Origin: Alloprevotella sp.
GTDB lineage: Bacteria > Bacteroidota > Bacteroidia > Bacteroidales > Bacteroidaceae
Assembly: GCA_045656425.1 (NCBI GenBank)
Contig: JAZORE010000041.1
Location: 4,579 to 68,578 of the forward strand
Length of the DNA: 64,000 bases
Reading direction: 5' to 3'
Shown here one piece after another: positions 40,414 to 50,079 of the stretch. Both the position numbers and the translations under genes were made by a program. The first letter of the stretch is position 1. Every line of letters starts with the position of its first letter. The notes under the pieces were generated by a model. It was not told the origin of the DNA, made no database searches, and saw only the letters and a list, made by a program, of their open reading frames with translations.

Positions 40414-41172
40414 CTAACTATATTTTATGAATAGTGCAATCTTTTCAGACCACTTTACGATATATGGGTTTTCTCCATTTGACCATTTGGGGTTAGGGGT
40501 CATATAATCTTTACCATATCTAAAAGACAAAAATTCATGTGAATTTCCTAAAATAGGCAATGATAGACTTTCAAACGGAACTCGTTTCAAATCTTTAGAT
40601 GTAGGCATTTCTAATCTTCGTGGTAATAGTCCACCATATTTTGAAATTGATTGTTCCCAAGACCTACAATTTCCTCGTGGGAAGAAATCACAACAATATG
40701 TATATTCACGTCCTTCTAATGGTGGGTATATATAGAAGATGTCAATTTGAACACCATCCTTCTCGATAGTATCCTCTCTTGCAAATTTTCCGTTTTCCAC
40801 AACAAATGTATGCTTAAGATGAAAACCAACTTCTGTTAAACATGTTATAACCTCTTCATTAAAATCTTCTATCCACATGAAAACATCAATATCAAGATCA
40901 TGTTTGATAAAGCCATGCTCTCGAACAGCACCGAGCATAGTTCCGAATGCCAAAGAATACTTATATCCATTTGACATCATCGTCTTGTCAAAAAGTTCTA
41001 ATACATTTAGGCCATTCTTTTGAAAAGATTTCTTAAGTTTATCTCTCCGTTTTATATTACTTCTGTCTATAAATGAATAATAAAATCTAGCAAAAGGTCT
41101 CAATATGGGTTTAATCCACCTAACTTTATCAGTTAGGAGTTGTAAATCTTGTACGTATTTTGTAAGTTTCAT
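40414..41172 (-). CDS. LicD-family phosphotransferase
   Basis: FGTMLGAVREHGFIKHDLDID, QIDIF, RYGKDYMTP. Confidence 0.85.
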   Translation of the reverse strand: MKLTKYVQDLQLLTDKVRWIKPILRPFARFYYSFIDRSNIKRRDKLKKSFQKNGLNVLELFDKTMMSNGYKYSLAFGTMLGAVREHGFIKHDLDIDVFMWIEDFNEEVITCLTEVGFHLKHTFVVENGKFAREDTIEKDGVQIDIFYIYPPLEGREYTYCCDFFPRGNCRSWEQSISKYGGLLPRRLEMPTSKDLKRVPFESLSLPILGNSHEFLSFRYGKDYMTPNPKWSNGENPYIVKWSEKIALFIKYS

Positions 41173-41178
41173 ATACTA

Positions 41179-41913
41179 TTATTTTACTCTTCCACTATAT
41201 AATTTATACTCATAACTATGTCGTCCCTCTGCACGAAAATCTGCTTGGTAACGTGCTAAGACGTTCTTGAAGATTTCTTCATATTGAGGGATGAACAAAT
41301 CACTTTTTATTTCCAACTGATGCAAGATTTCGTTGGCTAATGTTGACGTCTGCGATAAATCGGTCTTTCCTTGATTGAAACTAGTGCCCTTAATGGAACC
41401 AGGAGATACATTCAATATGCGATTTGTTGTTCCACTTTTTTCCAATTCTACGTTAACACTTTCGATAAATATTTTTAGTGCTGCTTTACTGGCACCATAT
41501 ACAGAGAAGAATGGAGACGACATAAAACCAGCTATGCTGACCATCACTCCACAATAAAAATCTTCACGTCCTTGAATCTTGTCATAAAAATGGTGAATGA
41601 CGCGCATCACCGCAGTTGCATTCACATTCATTGAACTGATGATGTGTTGTTCATCCAAATCCTTAAACAACGCCAAACGACCAAATCCAGCAGTTATCAT
41701 TAGCGTGTCTATATTCGTAAACCTATTGAAAAACGAATAATCCGCATTCGTCAAATCAAACTGATAAGATTCAAATTTTGGGTGATAATTTTCTTCAGCA
41801 ACACTCACACGATCCACGATATAAACTTTTTCACAATCGTCACGTCTTGCTAATTCTGTAGCGATGGAAAGACCTATGCCATTGGATCCTCCTACAACTA
41901 ATACCCGTTTCAT
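41179..41913 (-). CDS. Short-chain dehydrogenase/reductase
   Basis: GGSNGIG, TAGFG, YGASK, VSPG. Confidence 0.85.
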   Translation of the reverse strand: MKRVLVVGGSNGIGLSIATELARRDDCEKVYIVDRVSVAEENYHPKFESYQFDLTNADYSFFNRFTNIDTLMITAGFGRLALFKDLDEQHIISSMNVNATAVMRVIHHFYDKIQGREDFYCGVMVSIAGFMSSPFFSVYGASKAALKIFIESVNVELEKSGTTNRILNVSPGSIKGTSFNQGKTDLSQTSTLANEILHQLEIKSDLFIPQYEEIFKNVLARYQADFRAEGRHSYEYKLYSGRVK

Positions 41914-43256
41914 ATTTCCATAAAGTTTTTGCGTTCTGTAAATTGTTGCATAACACCAGCCATTGCGATACTTTCACGACGACGAAGTCGGGCACTGCTA
42001 AAACGATGATTCAAAATACATGACATCCACTCTTGTATCTCATAGCGAAGACCTTCACCATCACATTTGTAAAAGAACTTCTTGTTTTGGTTCTGATCCT
42101 CATAACGCAACTCAAAGTAGTCGGTCTTCCACCAAGGGGCTTCAACATAAGCATATCCCTTAGTACCTGAGATCACCAAATTACCTTCGGTTTTTACACC
42201 TAATCCCAACTTAAATGAACATACAGCTGTGGGGTAACGTAATACACCCTTGGTATAAATATCCACCCCATTCTCCATGCGAGAATAGATATTTAAGTTT
42301 TTATAGTCGGTTCCCAACAACTTAAAGATTGGTAATAGAGGATAAACCGCTGACTCATACATCGAACCACCAGCTTGTGCTGCATCAAATTCACGGCGTG
42401 TATGGTCGGGCAATAAACGTGACAAAGAAGCCTCAATATCAACAACCTCACCAATCGCTCCGCTCTTAATCATAGCCATCAGGTGGTTGAAAGCAGGACA
42501 ATGTGCAGTTTTATGAGCTTCCATCAAGATGACTCCTTGCTCTTCAGCCAAAGCATAGAGTTCACGCGCTTGTTCCATATCAAGAACAAGGGGAATTTCA
42601 CAAAGCACATGCTTTTTGGTCTGCAAGGCTTGCTTAGTCAACTCATAGTGACTAAGGTGTGGTGTAGCGATGTACACCGCATCAACATCAGCCAATAAGG
42701 TTTCATAGGATTTATAGCAAATGGGCAGCTGATGGCTTTGCGTAAATGCCTCACCTATTTTGGTATCAATATCAAAGGCACCTGCAATTTGTATACCACT
42801 CACAAAAAAGGCTTCGGGTACAAACCGTTGCGCAATACGACCGCATCCCACAATCCCCACACGTACCACTTGTTGTTGCTCTCCACGAAGCATAGTGCTA
42901 GAGATACCTTCAGTACGAGGCAAATAAATGACTTGACAAAACTCGTTCAGATAATCAAACTGACCTTCCCAATCTGACCCGATAGCAAAAATATCGACAT
43001 CATACTTTTGGATATCGTCAATCTTCTGGCCAAAGTAGTCTTCAATAATGATTTGGTCTGCAAGTCCAGTCGCTTTAACCGCCTCAACACGTTCCAATAC
43101 ATTGTTGCAAACATTGAGTTTACCACGCTCACGATCAAAATTATCATTAGTTACTCCTACAATGAGGTAGTCACCCAATTCCTTTGCACGACGAAGAAGA
43201 TTTATGTGACCCTGGTGAAGAAGGTCGTAAGTGCCGTATGTAATAACTTTTTTCAT
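41910..43256 (-). CDS. TagD-like cytidylyltransferase fused to a Gfo/Idh/MocA oxidoreductase
   Basis: ITYGTYDLLHQGH...RTEGISST, then GIVGCGRIA, DAVYIATPH, KHVLCE. Confidence 0.85.
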   Translation of the reverse strand: MKKVITYGTYDLLHQGHINLLRRAKELGDYLIVGVTNDNFDRERGKLNVCNNVLERVEAVKATGLADQIIIEDYFGQKIDDIQKYDVDIFAIGSDWEGQFDYLNEFCQVIYLPRTEGISSTMLRGEQQQVVRVGIVGCGRIAQRFVPEAFFVSGIQIAGAFDIDTKIGEAFTQSHQLPICYKSYETLLADVDAVYIATPHLSHYELTKQALQTKKHVLCEIPLVLDMEQARELYALAEEQGVILMEAHKTAHCPAFNHLMAMIKSGAIGEVVDIEASLSRLLPDHTRREFDAAQAGGSMYESAVYPLLPIFKLLGTDYKNLNIYSRMENGVDIYTKGVLRYPTAVCSFKLGLGVKTEGNLVISGTKGYAYVEAPWWKTDYFELRYEDQNQNKKFFYKCDGEGLRYEIQEWMSCILNHRFSSARLRRRESIAMAGVMQQFTERKNFMEI

Positions 43257-43269
43257 GACCATCAAAATA

Positions 43270-44073
43270 TTATTGTCCCTTTCCAAAAATCTCATCACGA
43301 TATTCTTGGCAATGGATAGATTTTTTTATTTGCTCTTCACTTGGCATTTTACGCCATTCCCCATACACATTGGTAAGATAGGAGTCCATATCCTTAGGAA
43401 CAGGCATCTGTTTCCCTTCAAAGTCTGTAGCGGTCAAAGGGAATGTATATTTCATATAGAAAGTATGCTCAGGCCACCCTGTTCCTAATGTATAATGATA
43501 TTCTTCTTTGGGATTAAATATCCCGATGAGTTTCAATATTGGGAAAATTATATAACTATGAAGATGTTCTATTATTCGTATTAATGGTTTACGAATAAAG
43601 TTGTTTGTGATTTTGGTCGTAAAACGTTGCATTATGCCATAAGAGAATGAAGCGAGCTTGACAGATAAATAATTTGTCTTTTCGATGGCAAATATGTCAA
43701 ATCCTATACCTTTCCACTTATAATAATTGTATCGTTTACTAGCACTTTGAATACAACCATTCTTCTTTCTAAATTTGCCAAACCAATTGACATAATCAAC
43801 ATCTGTTTTCATACAATGAAATACAAATTCTTCACTTTGCATCTTACAAAGGATATTCTCCAATCGCTTGTAATCTTTTTTCAGCAATACGATATCCATA
43901 TCATCATCCCAAGGAATAAAACCCTGATGACGTGCGGCCCCCAATAAAGTGCCGGAACTCAACCACCATTGAATTTTATGCTCCTTACATATTTTATCTA
44001 ACTCCTCCAGCATACGGAGCAATTCTTTTTGGTCTCTTCTTAGTAAAGACCCTTCTGGGTTATATTGAATCAT
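43270..44073 (-). CDS. LicD-family phosphotransferase
   Basis: SGTLLGAARHQGFIPWDDDMD, FDIF, YLTNVYGEW. Confidence 0.88.
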   Translation of the reverse strand: MIQYNPEGSLLRRDQKELLRMLEELDKICKEHKIQWWLSSGTLLGAARHQGFIPWDDDMDIVLLKKDYKRLENILCKMQSEEFVFHCMKTDVDYVNWFGKFRKKNGCIQSASKRYNYYKWKGIGFDIFAIEKTNYLSVKLASFSYGIMQRFTTKITNNFIRKPLIRIIEHLHSYIIFPILKLIGIFNPKEEYHYTLGTGWPEHTFYMKYTFPLTATDFEGKQMPVPKDMDSYLTNVYGEWRKMPSEEQIKKSIHCQEYRDEIFGKGQ

Positions 44074-45617
44074 ATTATCTCTTTATTTTTAAATTTCACA
44101 AGTAGTGAGTTGGTCATGTTTAATATTAATTGTTTCTCGCCCTTATCTAATGCTACAAAGTAGAGTGTTATAATAACAGAAGTAAGACTTACAAGCGTTA
44201 CACTTATTAACCTTATCATACCTTCCTCTAAAAAGGCGTGCGGTAGATATGAAATTAAGAATGAAAGAGCAAAAACTATAACTATTGGAAGTATAACCTT
44301 GGCGCAATATTCACGTAAGGATAATTCAACCAACCTTCTAACAATAAATAGTCCTACAATATGCCCAAGTAGTCGGCATATCATCATTATTATTAATGCC
44401 CAATTGGGATTCGGATGAAACTTTAATATCAAAAAGGCTAGAGGTACACATAAAATTTTAATCATTGTACCCCAAAATTGATAGTGCTTCATCTTCCCTG
44501 CAGCATGAACAACATTAGAAGTAGCTGAATTAAGATTTGATATTAAAGATGAATACAATATAATAATTGTAAATGGTGCTGCATAAGAAGGGATATTGTC
44601 ACCTAACCAAAACTGAAGAACATAATTAATTTCTAAGGATACTGGTATTGCCATCATCAAGAGGAAACAACAACTTAGTTTGCTGATGCTGAACATTAGG
44701 CGCATCATACGATCAGAATCTCCTTTTGCATATGATTGAACAATTTGAGGTCTAACTGGTACTGTAATATTTGCAACAAAACTTTCAATACCAGCATTGA
44801 TTTGATTTGCTACACCACGAGCTGCATTAACAATAGGACCAAAAAAGAAATTAATGACTAGATTGATACCTTGTTCTTGCATCATACCACTAAATGATCC
44901 AAACAAATTCCAACCTGAAAAACCAAGCATTGAGCGGAACATATGTTTATCAAATATGCGCTTCAGATGAATCTCATTAAATTTTCTTTTACAATATAAA
45001 TATGATAATGTAAAATTTAATATACATATGCTTGTTGTTAAAATCCCATATATTATTAATTGGTCAACCGCAAGATAAGGTATTATGAACACAATTCCTA
45101 GTTTAAGAATAGCATCCAAAATACCTAAGAATGCAAAATAATCTAACCTTTCATGAGCCATTATAGCTGCATTATAGGGGGCTTGTAATATTACAAAAAC
45201 AAAACTTAATACAGAAAAATGAAAAATCCACTCAGCTGCGAACATTCTATCCGCTGGTATTACCATTTTACTATGTAAATACCAAAGGCCGATACTTTCG
45301 ACTAACGCAACAACTATAACTGCTATGATTATCTGAATATAAAAAGATAAGCAGTAAACCCGATTAGCCCCTTCCTCGCCATTCTTCCCGTACTCAAAAT
45401 TATAAAATCGTTGTATGCCGTTACTCATGGACGTATTCAACATCGCAAATAATGAGACGAAACCACAAACAACATTATAGATACCATAATCTTCCACACC
45501 AAGAACTTTAAGAATGATTCGTGTGGTATATAGAGATATCAACAGCACTATCACCATGCGAATACTCATGAAGAGACTATTCTTCGCTATGCGTTTATTA
45601 TTTTCTGAATTACTCAT
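44070..45617 (-). CDS. Wzx-type (MATE-like) polysaccharide flippase
   Basis: NNKRIAKN, LGVEDYGIYNVV, FSGWNLFG, NAARGVA, PQIVQSYA; multi-TM. Confidence 0.82.
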   Translation of the reverse strand: MSNSENNKRIAKNSLFMSIRMVIVLLISLYTTRIILKVLGVEDYGIYNVVCGFVSLFAMLNTSMSNGIQRFYNFEYGKNGEEGANRVYCLSFYIQIIIAVIVVALVESIGLWYLHSKMVIPADRMFAAEWIFHFSVLSFVFVILQAPYNAAIMAHERLDYFAFLGILDAILKLGIVFIIPYLAVDQLIIYGILTTSICILNFTLSYLYCKRKFNEIHLKRIFDKHMFRSMLGFSGWNLFGSFSGMMQEQGINLVINFFFGPIVNAARGVANQINAGIESFVANITVPVRPQIVQSYAKGDSDRMMRLMFSISKLSCCFLLMMAIPVSLEINYVLQFWLGDNIPSYAAPFTIIILYSSLISNLNSATSNVVHAAGKMKHYQFWGTMIKILCVPLAFLILKFHPNPNWALIIMMICRLLGHIVGLFIVRRLVELSLREYCAKVILPIVIVFALSFLISYLPHAFLEEGMIRLISVTLVSLTSVIITLYFVALDKGEKQLILNMTNSLLVKFKNKEII

Positions 45618-45624
45618 TTATATA

Positions 45625-45830
45625 TGAAAGTTGAGAGGTGAGAGTTGAAAGAGGAGTTGTATAGGGTTCAGAGTTCAGAGAACAGAGAACAACTGCTGGA
45701 GAACTAGGAACGGGGAACGTTGGAGGTGAAAGAGGATTTGTCTAAAGTACAGAGTTCAGAGTTCAGAAAACAACTGCGAGAGAGGAAGTCTCATTCTGAG
45801 GTTCTGAAGATCCAAAATTTCTGAATGAAG
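45625..45830. repeat. Heptamer arrays (GTTGAGA, CAGAGTT/CAGAGAA, TTCTGAG)
   Basis: Read directly; reverse complements of the arrays at 21.2-21.45 kb. Confidence 0.8.
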
Positions 45831-45849
45831 TTTCTGTACGACCAAACTG

Positions 45850-46984
45850 TTATTGGTTGAGGCAATTTTCTATTGCTTCTATAGAGGGGAGATCGCTTCG
45901 ATAGTCTGATGGTAAAGATTGACCTAATTCGTAATCAGAGATTCCGATTGGTTCTTGTACATACTCTGCTTTTATACGGTCTTTACTCTTACATAATAAA
46001 AGACCTATGGTACGATTATCGCCCTCACGGCAAAGTATATCATCAACAGCAGAACAATAGAAATTGAGTTTGCCTATATATTCGGGTTTAAACTCTGTAT
46101 TCTTTAATTCAATGACCATATAGCGATGCAAAAATGTATTGTACATCAGTATGTCTATATAGTAGTCATCACCAGACACTTCTAAATGACATTGACGCCC
46201 CATTAACGCGAACCCTGCGCCCATCTCAACTAAAAACTTTTCTACATGTTTTACCAACCCAATTTCAATGTCACGCTCATTATATTGTTCGGTAAACGTG
46301 AGCATGTCAAAGATGTAGGGGTCTTTCAACATTGACTTTACGTCACTTGCTTCTTGAGTTGGAAGTGTTGTAGAGAACTTGTTTGCTAACGCTCCATGTC
46401 TTGCATAATCATTATTCCTGATACATTCTATTCGATATTCTTTCATCCAATGCCCTGTAATACATCTCACCATATACCAATATCTTGCGCGAATATCTTT
46501 GACTCGTTGCAGGAGAATAAGATTATGCGTTCATCCTAAATGTTTGATAGGTAATGATAAATTGAATGCTTCGAATTGCGAAACTGGCAGTTTCGTAATT
46601 CCACTTTCTTTTATTTGTGTCAAACTTTGGTCATATTCTTTATAGAATTGAACCATGTATTGCATATTACGAACGGTAAAACCTTTTATCTCTGGATATT
46701 CATTTTCTAGGTCTATAGATAATCGTTGTAATGTCTTTTTCCCCCAACCGTCTGAATTCTGATTACTATCCAACATTTCACCTATATCCCAATATAAACG
46801 CAAAAGTTCTTCATTAGCAGCATAAATTGCTCGTCCTTGCGACACTAGTACTCTATGCTTAATATTTTGCAACAATCTGGCATATCCAAAAATTCTCTGT
46901 TTCCAACCCACTAAAACGTACTGTTGGAACTAACTCATTCTCTTGGGATGCAGTTTTGTTGTTAATATTATCTGAATTTGACAT
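45850..46984 (-). pseudogene. DUF1016/YhcG (PD-(D/E)XK) pseudogene
   Basis: LYWDIG, GWG, RNMQYM, KDPYIFD, IDILMY, IELK, GKLNFY, TIGLLLC motifs; in-frame TGA at 46531-46533 and an upstream frameshift. Confidence 0.8.
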
Positions 46985-46987
46985 TTT

Positions 46988-47100
46988 AATGTTGAGAGTT
47001 TAAAGTTGAGAGGTGAGAGGTGAACGTTTAAAGTTGAACGATTAATGTTGAGAGAGGAGGAGGAATTAGTGAGGAGTGAGGAACTAGGAGTGAGGAACAC
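46988..47100. repeat. Heptamer arrays (GTTGAGA/GTGAGAG/GTGAGGA)
   Basis: Read directly; an 18-bp direct repeat AAAGTTGAGAGGTGAGAG is shared with 45627-45644. Confidence 0.8.
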
Positions 47101-47109
47101 TAAAATTCT

Positions 47110-47196
47110 TTTTATACCAAGTGTGGTACTTTTTGTACCAGACCTTGGTATTTTTTGTACCAGTAGTGGTATTTTTCGTACCAGACCTTGGTACGA
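47110..47196. repeat. Four ~21-bp tandem units with an internal palindrome TACCA-N5-TGGTA
   Basis: taccaagtgtggta / taccagaccttggta / taccagtagtggta / taccagaccttggta (spacer 4-5 nt), separated by T runs. Confidence 0.8.
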
Positions 47197-47225
47197 GATT
47201 TTGAAAGAGAAAAGAGGGGATTACT

Positions 47226-47645
47226 TTACTCGGAGAAGTCGTAGTCCGTGAGGTAGTTATCAAAAGTGAGGTTTTCGGTGTAACCGAACTCTTGACAGAT
47301 TGCTAAAATTGTATCTTGTTGCACTGGGGTTAGACGTTTTTCTCCTCTGTTGTAACGGTAATATGTGCCGTGCCCTCCGAGATATTGCTTTAACCTATTG
47401 CGTAGAGGTTCTACGTCTTTCTTCCTAATTACTGCAAATATTTTCTGGAATCCGTAGGCTAACTTGACCTTTACATACTCACGATAATAGGGGCATGTTC
47501 CATCTGAACTTAATGCTGTGGGATAAATGGCGCTTCCTAACGTTACTCTTGAGGGGATGTTCTGACCTGCCACGTAATGCAAACAGGTTGCCTTGCGAGG
47601 GCAGGAGGAGGTGAAGCATAGGGAGTAGGCTGGGGGTATTTTCAT
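47226..47645 (-). CDS. Cys-rich DUF6078-like protein
   Basis: CFTSSCPRKATCLHY, CPYY, AYGF, TYYRYNRGEKRLTPVQQ, FDNY. Confidence 0.7.
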   Translation of the reverse strand: MKIPPAYSLCFTSSCPRKATCLHYVAGQNIPSRVTLGSAIYPTALSSDGTCPYYREYVKVKLAYGFQKIFAVIRKKDVEPLRNRLKQYLGGHGTYYRYNRGEKRLTPVQQDTILAICQEFGYTENLTFDNYLTDYDFSE

Positions 47646-47863
47646 GAATTTATGAACGGGAGACTACGGACAACAGACTGGTGATTTTTATGTTTCGACT
47701 GTTGAGTTTGTATTGTCAACTTGATTGCACATATTAAACGGTTGACTGTGCAGGTCGAGAAAAAAATTTTTATCCCCTGACTGAAGCTGTATTTACTGGG
47801 GGAGTCAGCGTTTTTGCATTTTTGAAAACGGACGAAAAAGTGAAGCGCGGTTTTCGGGCGTTG

Positions 47864-47871
47864 TAACTTTG
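47864..47871 (+). promoter_or_regulatory. -7 box TAACTTTG for the HU-like gene
   Basis: TAnnTTTG followed by CA, about 150 nt upstream of 48018. Confidence 0.6.
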
Positions 47872-48017
47872 CAGTGTCAAACGATGAAAACAAAGTCTCT
47901 TTGAACAATGAAAATCTAACTAGGTTGATAACGAGTAAGAAATCCTTCCACCCCTACATTACCAGTCAAGACCTCATTACCGCATATTTTTATTATAAAC
48001 CTTAAAATCTTTTTACT

Positions 48018-48425
48018 ATGCTTAAGTACTCTTTAACTGAACATGCAAATCCTATTACAAACAAGACGATGTTTCATGCGAATTTGGCTCCTGCCACTCC
48101 CTTTCCTATTGAGACGATGATTGCAAATATCTGTGAGAAATGTCATCTCAGACCCATACAACTGTTGAACGCTCTCTATTATTTAGAAAAGGAGATAATA
48201 ACGGTACTTCGAGAGGGTTATAGTGTGCGTTTGGGCGAACTTGGCTCGTTTCACCTTAGACTTTCATCGGTCAGTGTTTCATCAAAGGAGGATTTCTCTG
48301 CGGAGCATCTTCGTGGACTTAAGGTTAGATTTACTCCTAACACGACCATGAAATCAGAACTTAGTTTGACAAATCCAAAGGTGGTGCTTGTGCAAGATAC
48401 AGAATGCAATGTTCGCGAAGAATAA
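48018..48425 (+). CDS. Bacteroidetes HU-family (histone-like) DNA-binding protein
   Basis: LREGYSVRLGELGSFHLRLSS...VRFTP. Confidence 0.82.
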   Translation: MLKYSLTEHANPITNKTMFHANLAPATPFPIETMIANICEKCHLRPIQLLNALYYLEKEIITVLREGYSVRLGELGSFHLRLSSVSVSSKEDFSAEHLRGLKVRFTPNTTMKSELSLTNPKVVLVQDTECNVREE

Positions 48426-48617
48426 CTATTGTTTCGTTCCTGCGTATCACGGGTGTCAGCACAGACTTAGTAATATGTGAAGAATAAACGGTGAACGAGG
48501 AACTGTATTTGTCTTTCATCAATGGATTAAACGGATTAGCTGACTATGCAGAACGCAAAAATCAGTGACATCTGTTTAATCTGTTGGTTAAATACTTGCA
48601 ATACATGAAGAGTGTAA

Positions 48618-49856
48618 TCAATCTCTACGGAAGAGGTCTCGCGTATAGACTTTATCTTGCACTTCGTCTAAGCAGGCATCATATCTGTTTGCTACAATAG
48701 CGTTGGATTGTGATTTGAATGCGTCCAAATCATTTACAACCTTACTACCGAAGAACATACTTCCATCTTCAAGAGTGGGCTCGTAGATGATGACATTCGC
48801 ACCCTTCGCCTTGATGCGCTTCATAATTCCCTGAATCGCGCTCTGACGGAAATTATCAGAATTGGCCTTCATGGTGAGACGGAAAATTCCGATAGTGGGA
48901 GGTGCTGTAAACGAGGAATTATATTGATTGTTTTCCGTATAACCATACCATCCCGCGAGGCGAAGTACCTGATCTGCAATAAAATCCTTGCGCGTGCGGT
49001 TGCTTTCCACAATGGCGGTCATCATATTCTGGGGCACATCCTGATAGTTGGCAAGCAACTGTTTGGTATCTTTTGGGAGGCAATAACCACCGTAACCAAA
49101 AGAGGGATTATTATAATGTGTGCCGATACGTGGGTCAAGTCCAATACCTTGGATGATAGCTTGTGGATCGAGACCTTTAACCTCTGCATAGGTATCCAAT
49201 TCATTGAAGTAACTTACACGTAATGCCAAGTATGTGTTTGCAAAAAGTTTGACCGCTTCAGCTTCTGTCGCCCCCATATACAAGGTTTCAACATCTTGTT
49301 TGATTGCTCCCTGCTGAAGTAGCTCGGCAAACGAACGAGCCACTGTATCTAAGTGCGCTGATTCTCGGGGGATACCTACGATAATACGACTGGGATATAG
49401 ATTATCATACAAGGCCTTGCTCTCACGTAAAAACTCAGGTGAGAAAAGTACTTGACGGGTGCCCATCTTTTTACTTATCGCCTCGGTAAAACCAACAGGG
49501 ATGGTACTCTTAATCACCATTACCGCATTGGGATTTACCTGCATAACCTGCTTTATTACGCTCTCAACAGCTGAAGTATCAAAGAAATTTCGCTGACTAT
49601 CATAATTCGTAGGTGTTGCGATAATCACCAACTCGGCATCCCTATAAGCTGCAGTAGCATCAAGAGTGGCAGTAAGATTCAACGGTTTCTCAGCAAAAAA
49701 CTTTTCAATATACTCATCCTGAATTGGTGAAATTCTATTATTTATTTTTTCAACCTTATCAGGAATGATATCCACCGCCACTACTTCATTGTGCTGGGCA
49801 AGGAGTGTTGCCATACTGAGACCGACATAACCAGTTCCTGCTACTGCGATTTTCAT
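48618..49856 (-). CDS. ugd: UDP-glucose 6-dehydrogenase (copy B)
   Basis: Same motifs as copy A; the C-terminal halves are nearly identical at protein level. Confidence 0.93.
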   Translation of the reverse strand: MKIAVAGTGYVGLSMATLLAQHNEVVAVDIIPDKVEKINNRISPIQDEYIEKFFAEKPLNLTATLDATAAYRDAELVIIATPTNYDSQRNFFDTSAVESVIKQVMQVNPNAVMVIKSTIPVGFTEAISKKMGTRQVLFSPEFLRESKALYDNLYPSRIIVGIPRESAHLDTVARSFAELLQQGAIKQDVETLYMGATEAEAVKLFANTYLALRVSYFNELDTYAEVKGLDPQAIIQGIGLDPRIGTHYNNPSFGYGGYCLPKDTKQLLANYQDVPQNMMTAIVESNRTRKDFIADQVLRLAGWYGYTENNQYNSSFTAPPTIGIFRLTMKANSDNFRQSAIQGIMKRIKAKGANVIIYEPTLEDGSMFFGSKVVNDLDAFKSQSNAIVANRYDACLDEVQDKVYTRDLFRRD

Positions 49857-50008
49857 TATTTCTTTTTGTTAGTTATTTAATTATCAATTTTATATAAGAA
49901 CTGCTATTGGGAGTATTTATCAACGTGAGAACCCATATAGAGAATCGGATAATAAGGAGTAGGTTCTTGTTGAGTAAAACAAGCCTAAGGCGTTTTCTGC
50001 ATCTTATG

Positions 50009-50034
50009 GAGACGCCATGGTATGACGGCTCTAC
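50009..50034 (-). repeat. REP-like palindrome starting GTAG
   Basis: Minus strand GTAGAGCCGTCATACCATGGCGTCTC, an imperfect hairpin. Confidence 0.45.
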
Positions 50035-50079
50035 GTTCCCGTGAACCATTGTCCTATTTTCCGTGAACCGTTAATCCTC

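Noticed and set aside
46531-46533. TGA-as-Trp recoding or readthrough
   Set aside because: Other genes here use TGG for Trp and TGA as a stop, and the gene has additional lesions, so it is a pseudogene.
47110-47196. Possible mini-CRISPR
   Set aside because: The 21-bp period leaves no real spacers; it is a tandem repeat.
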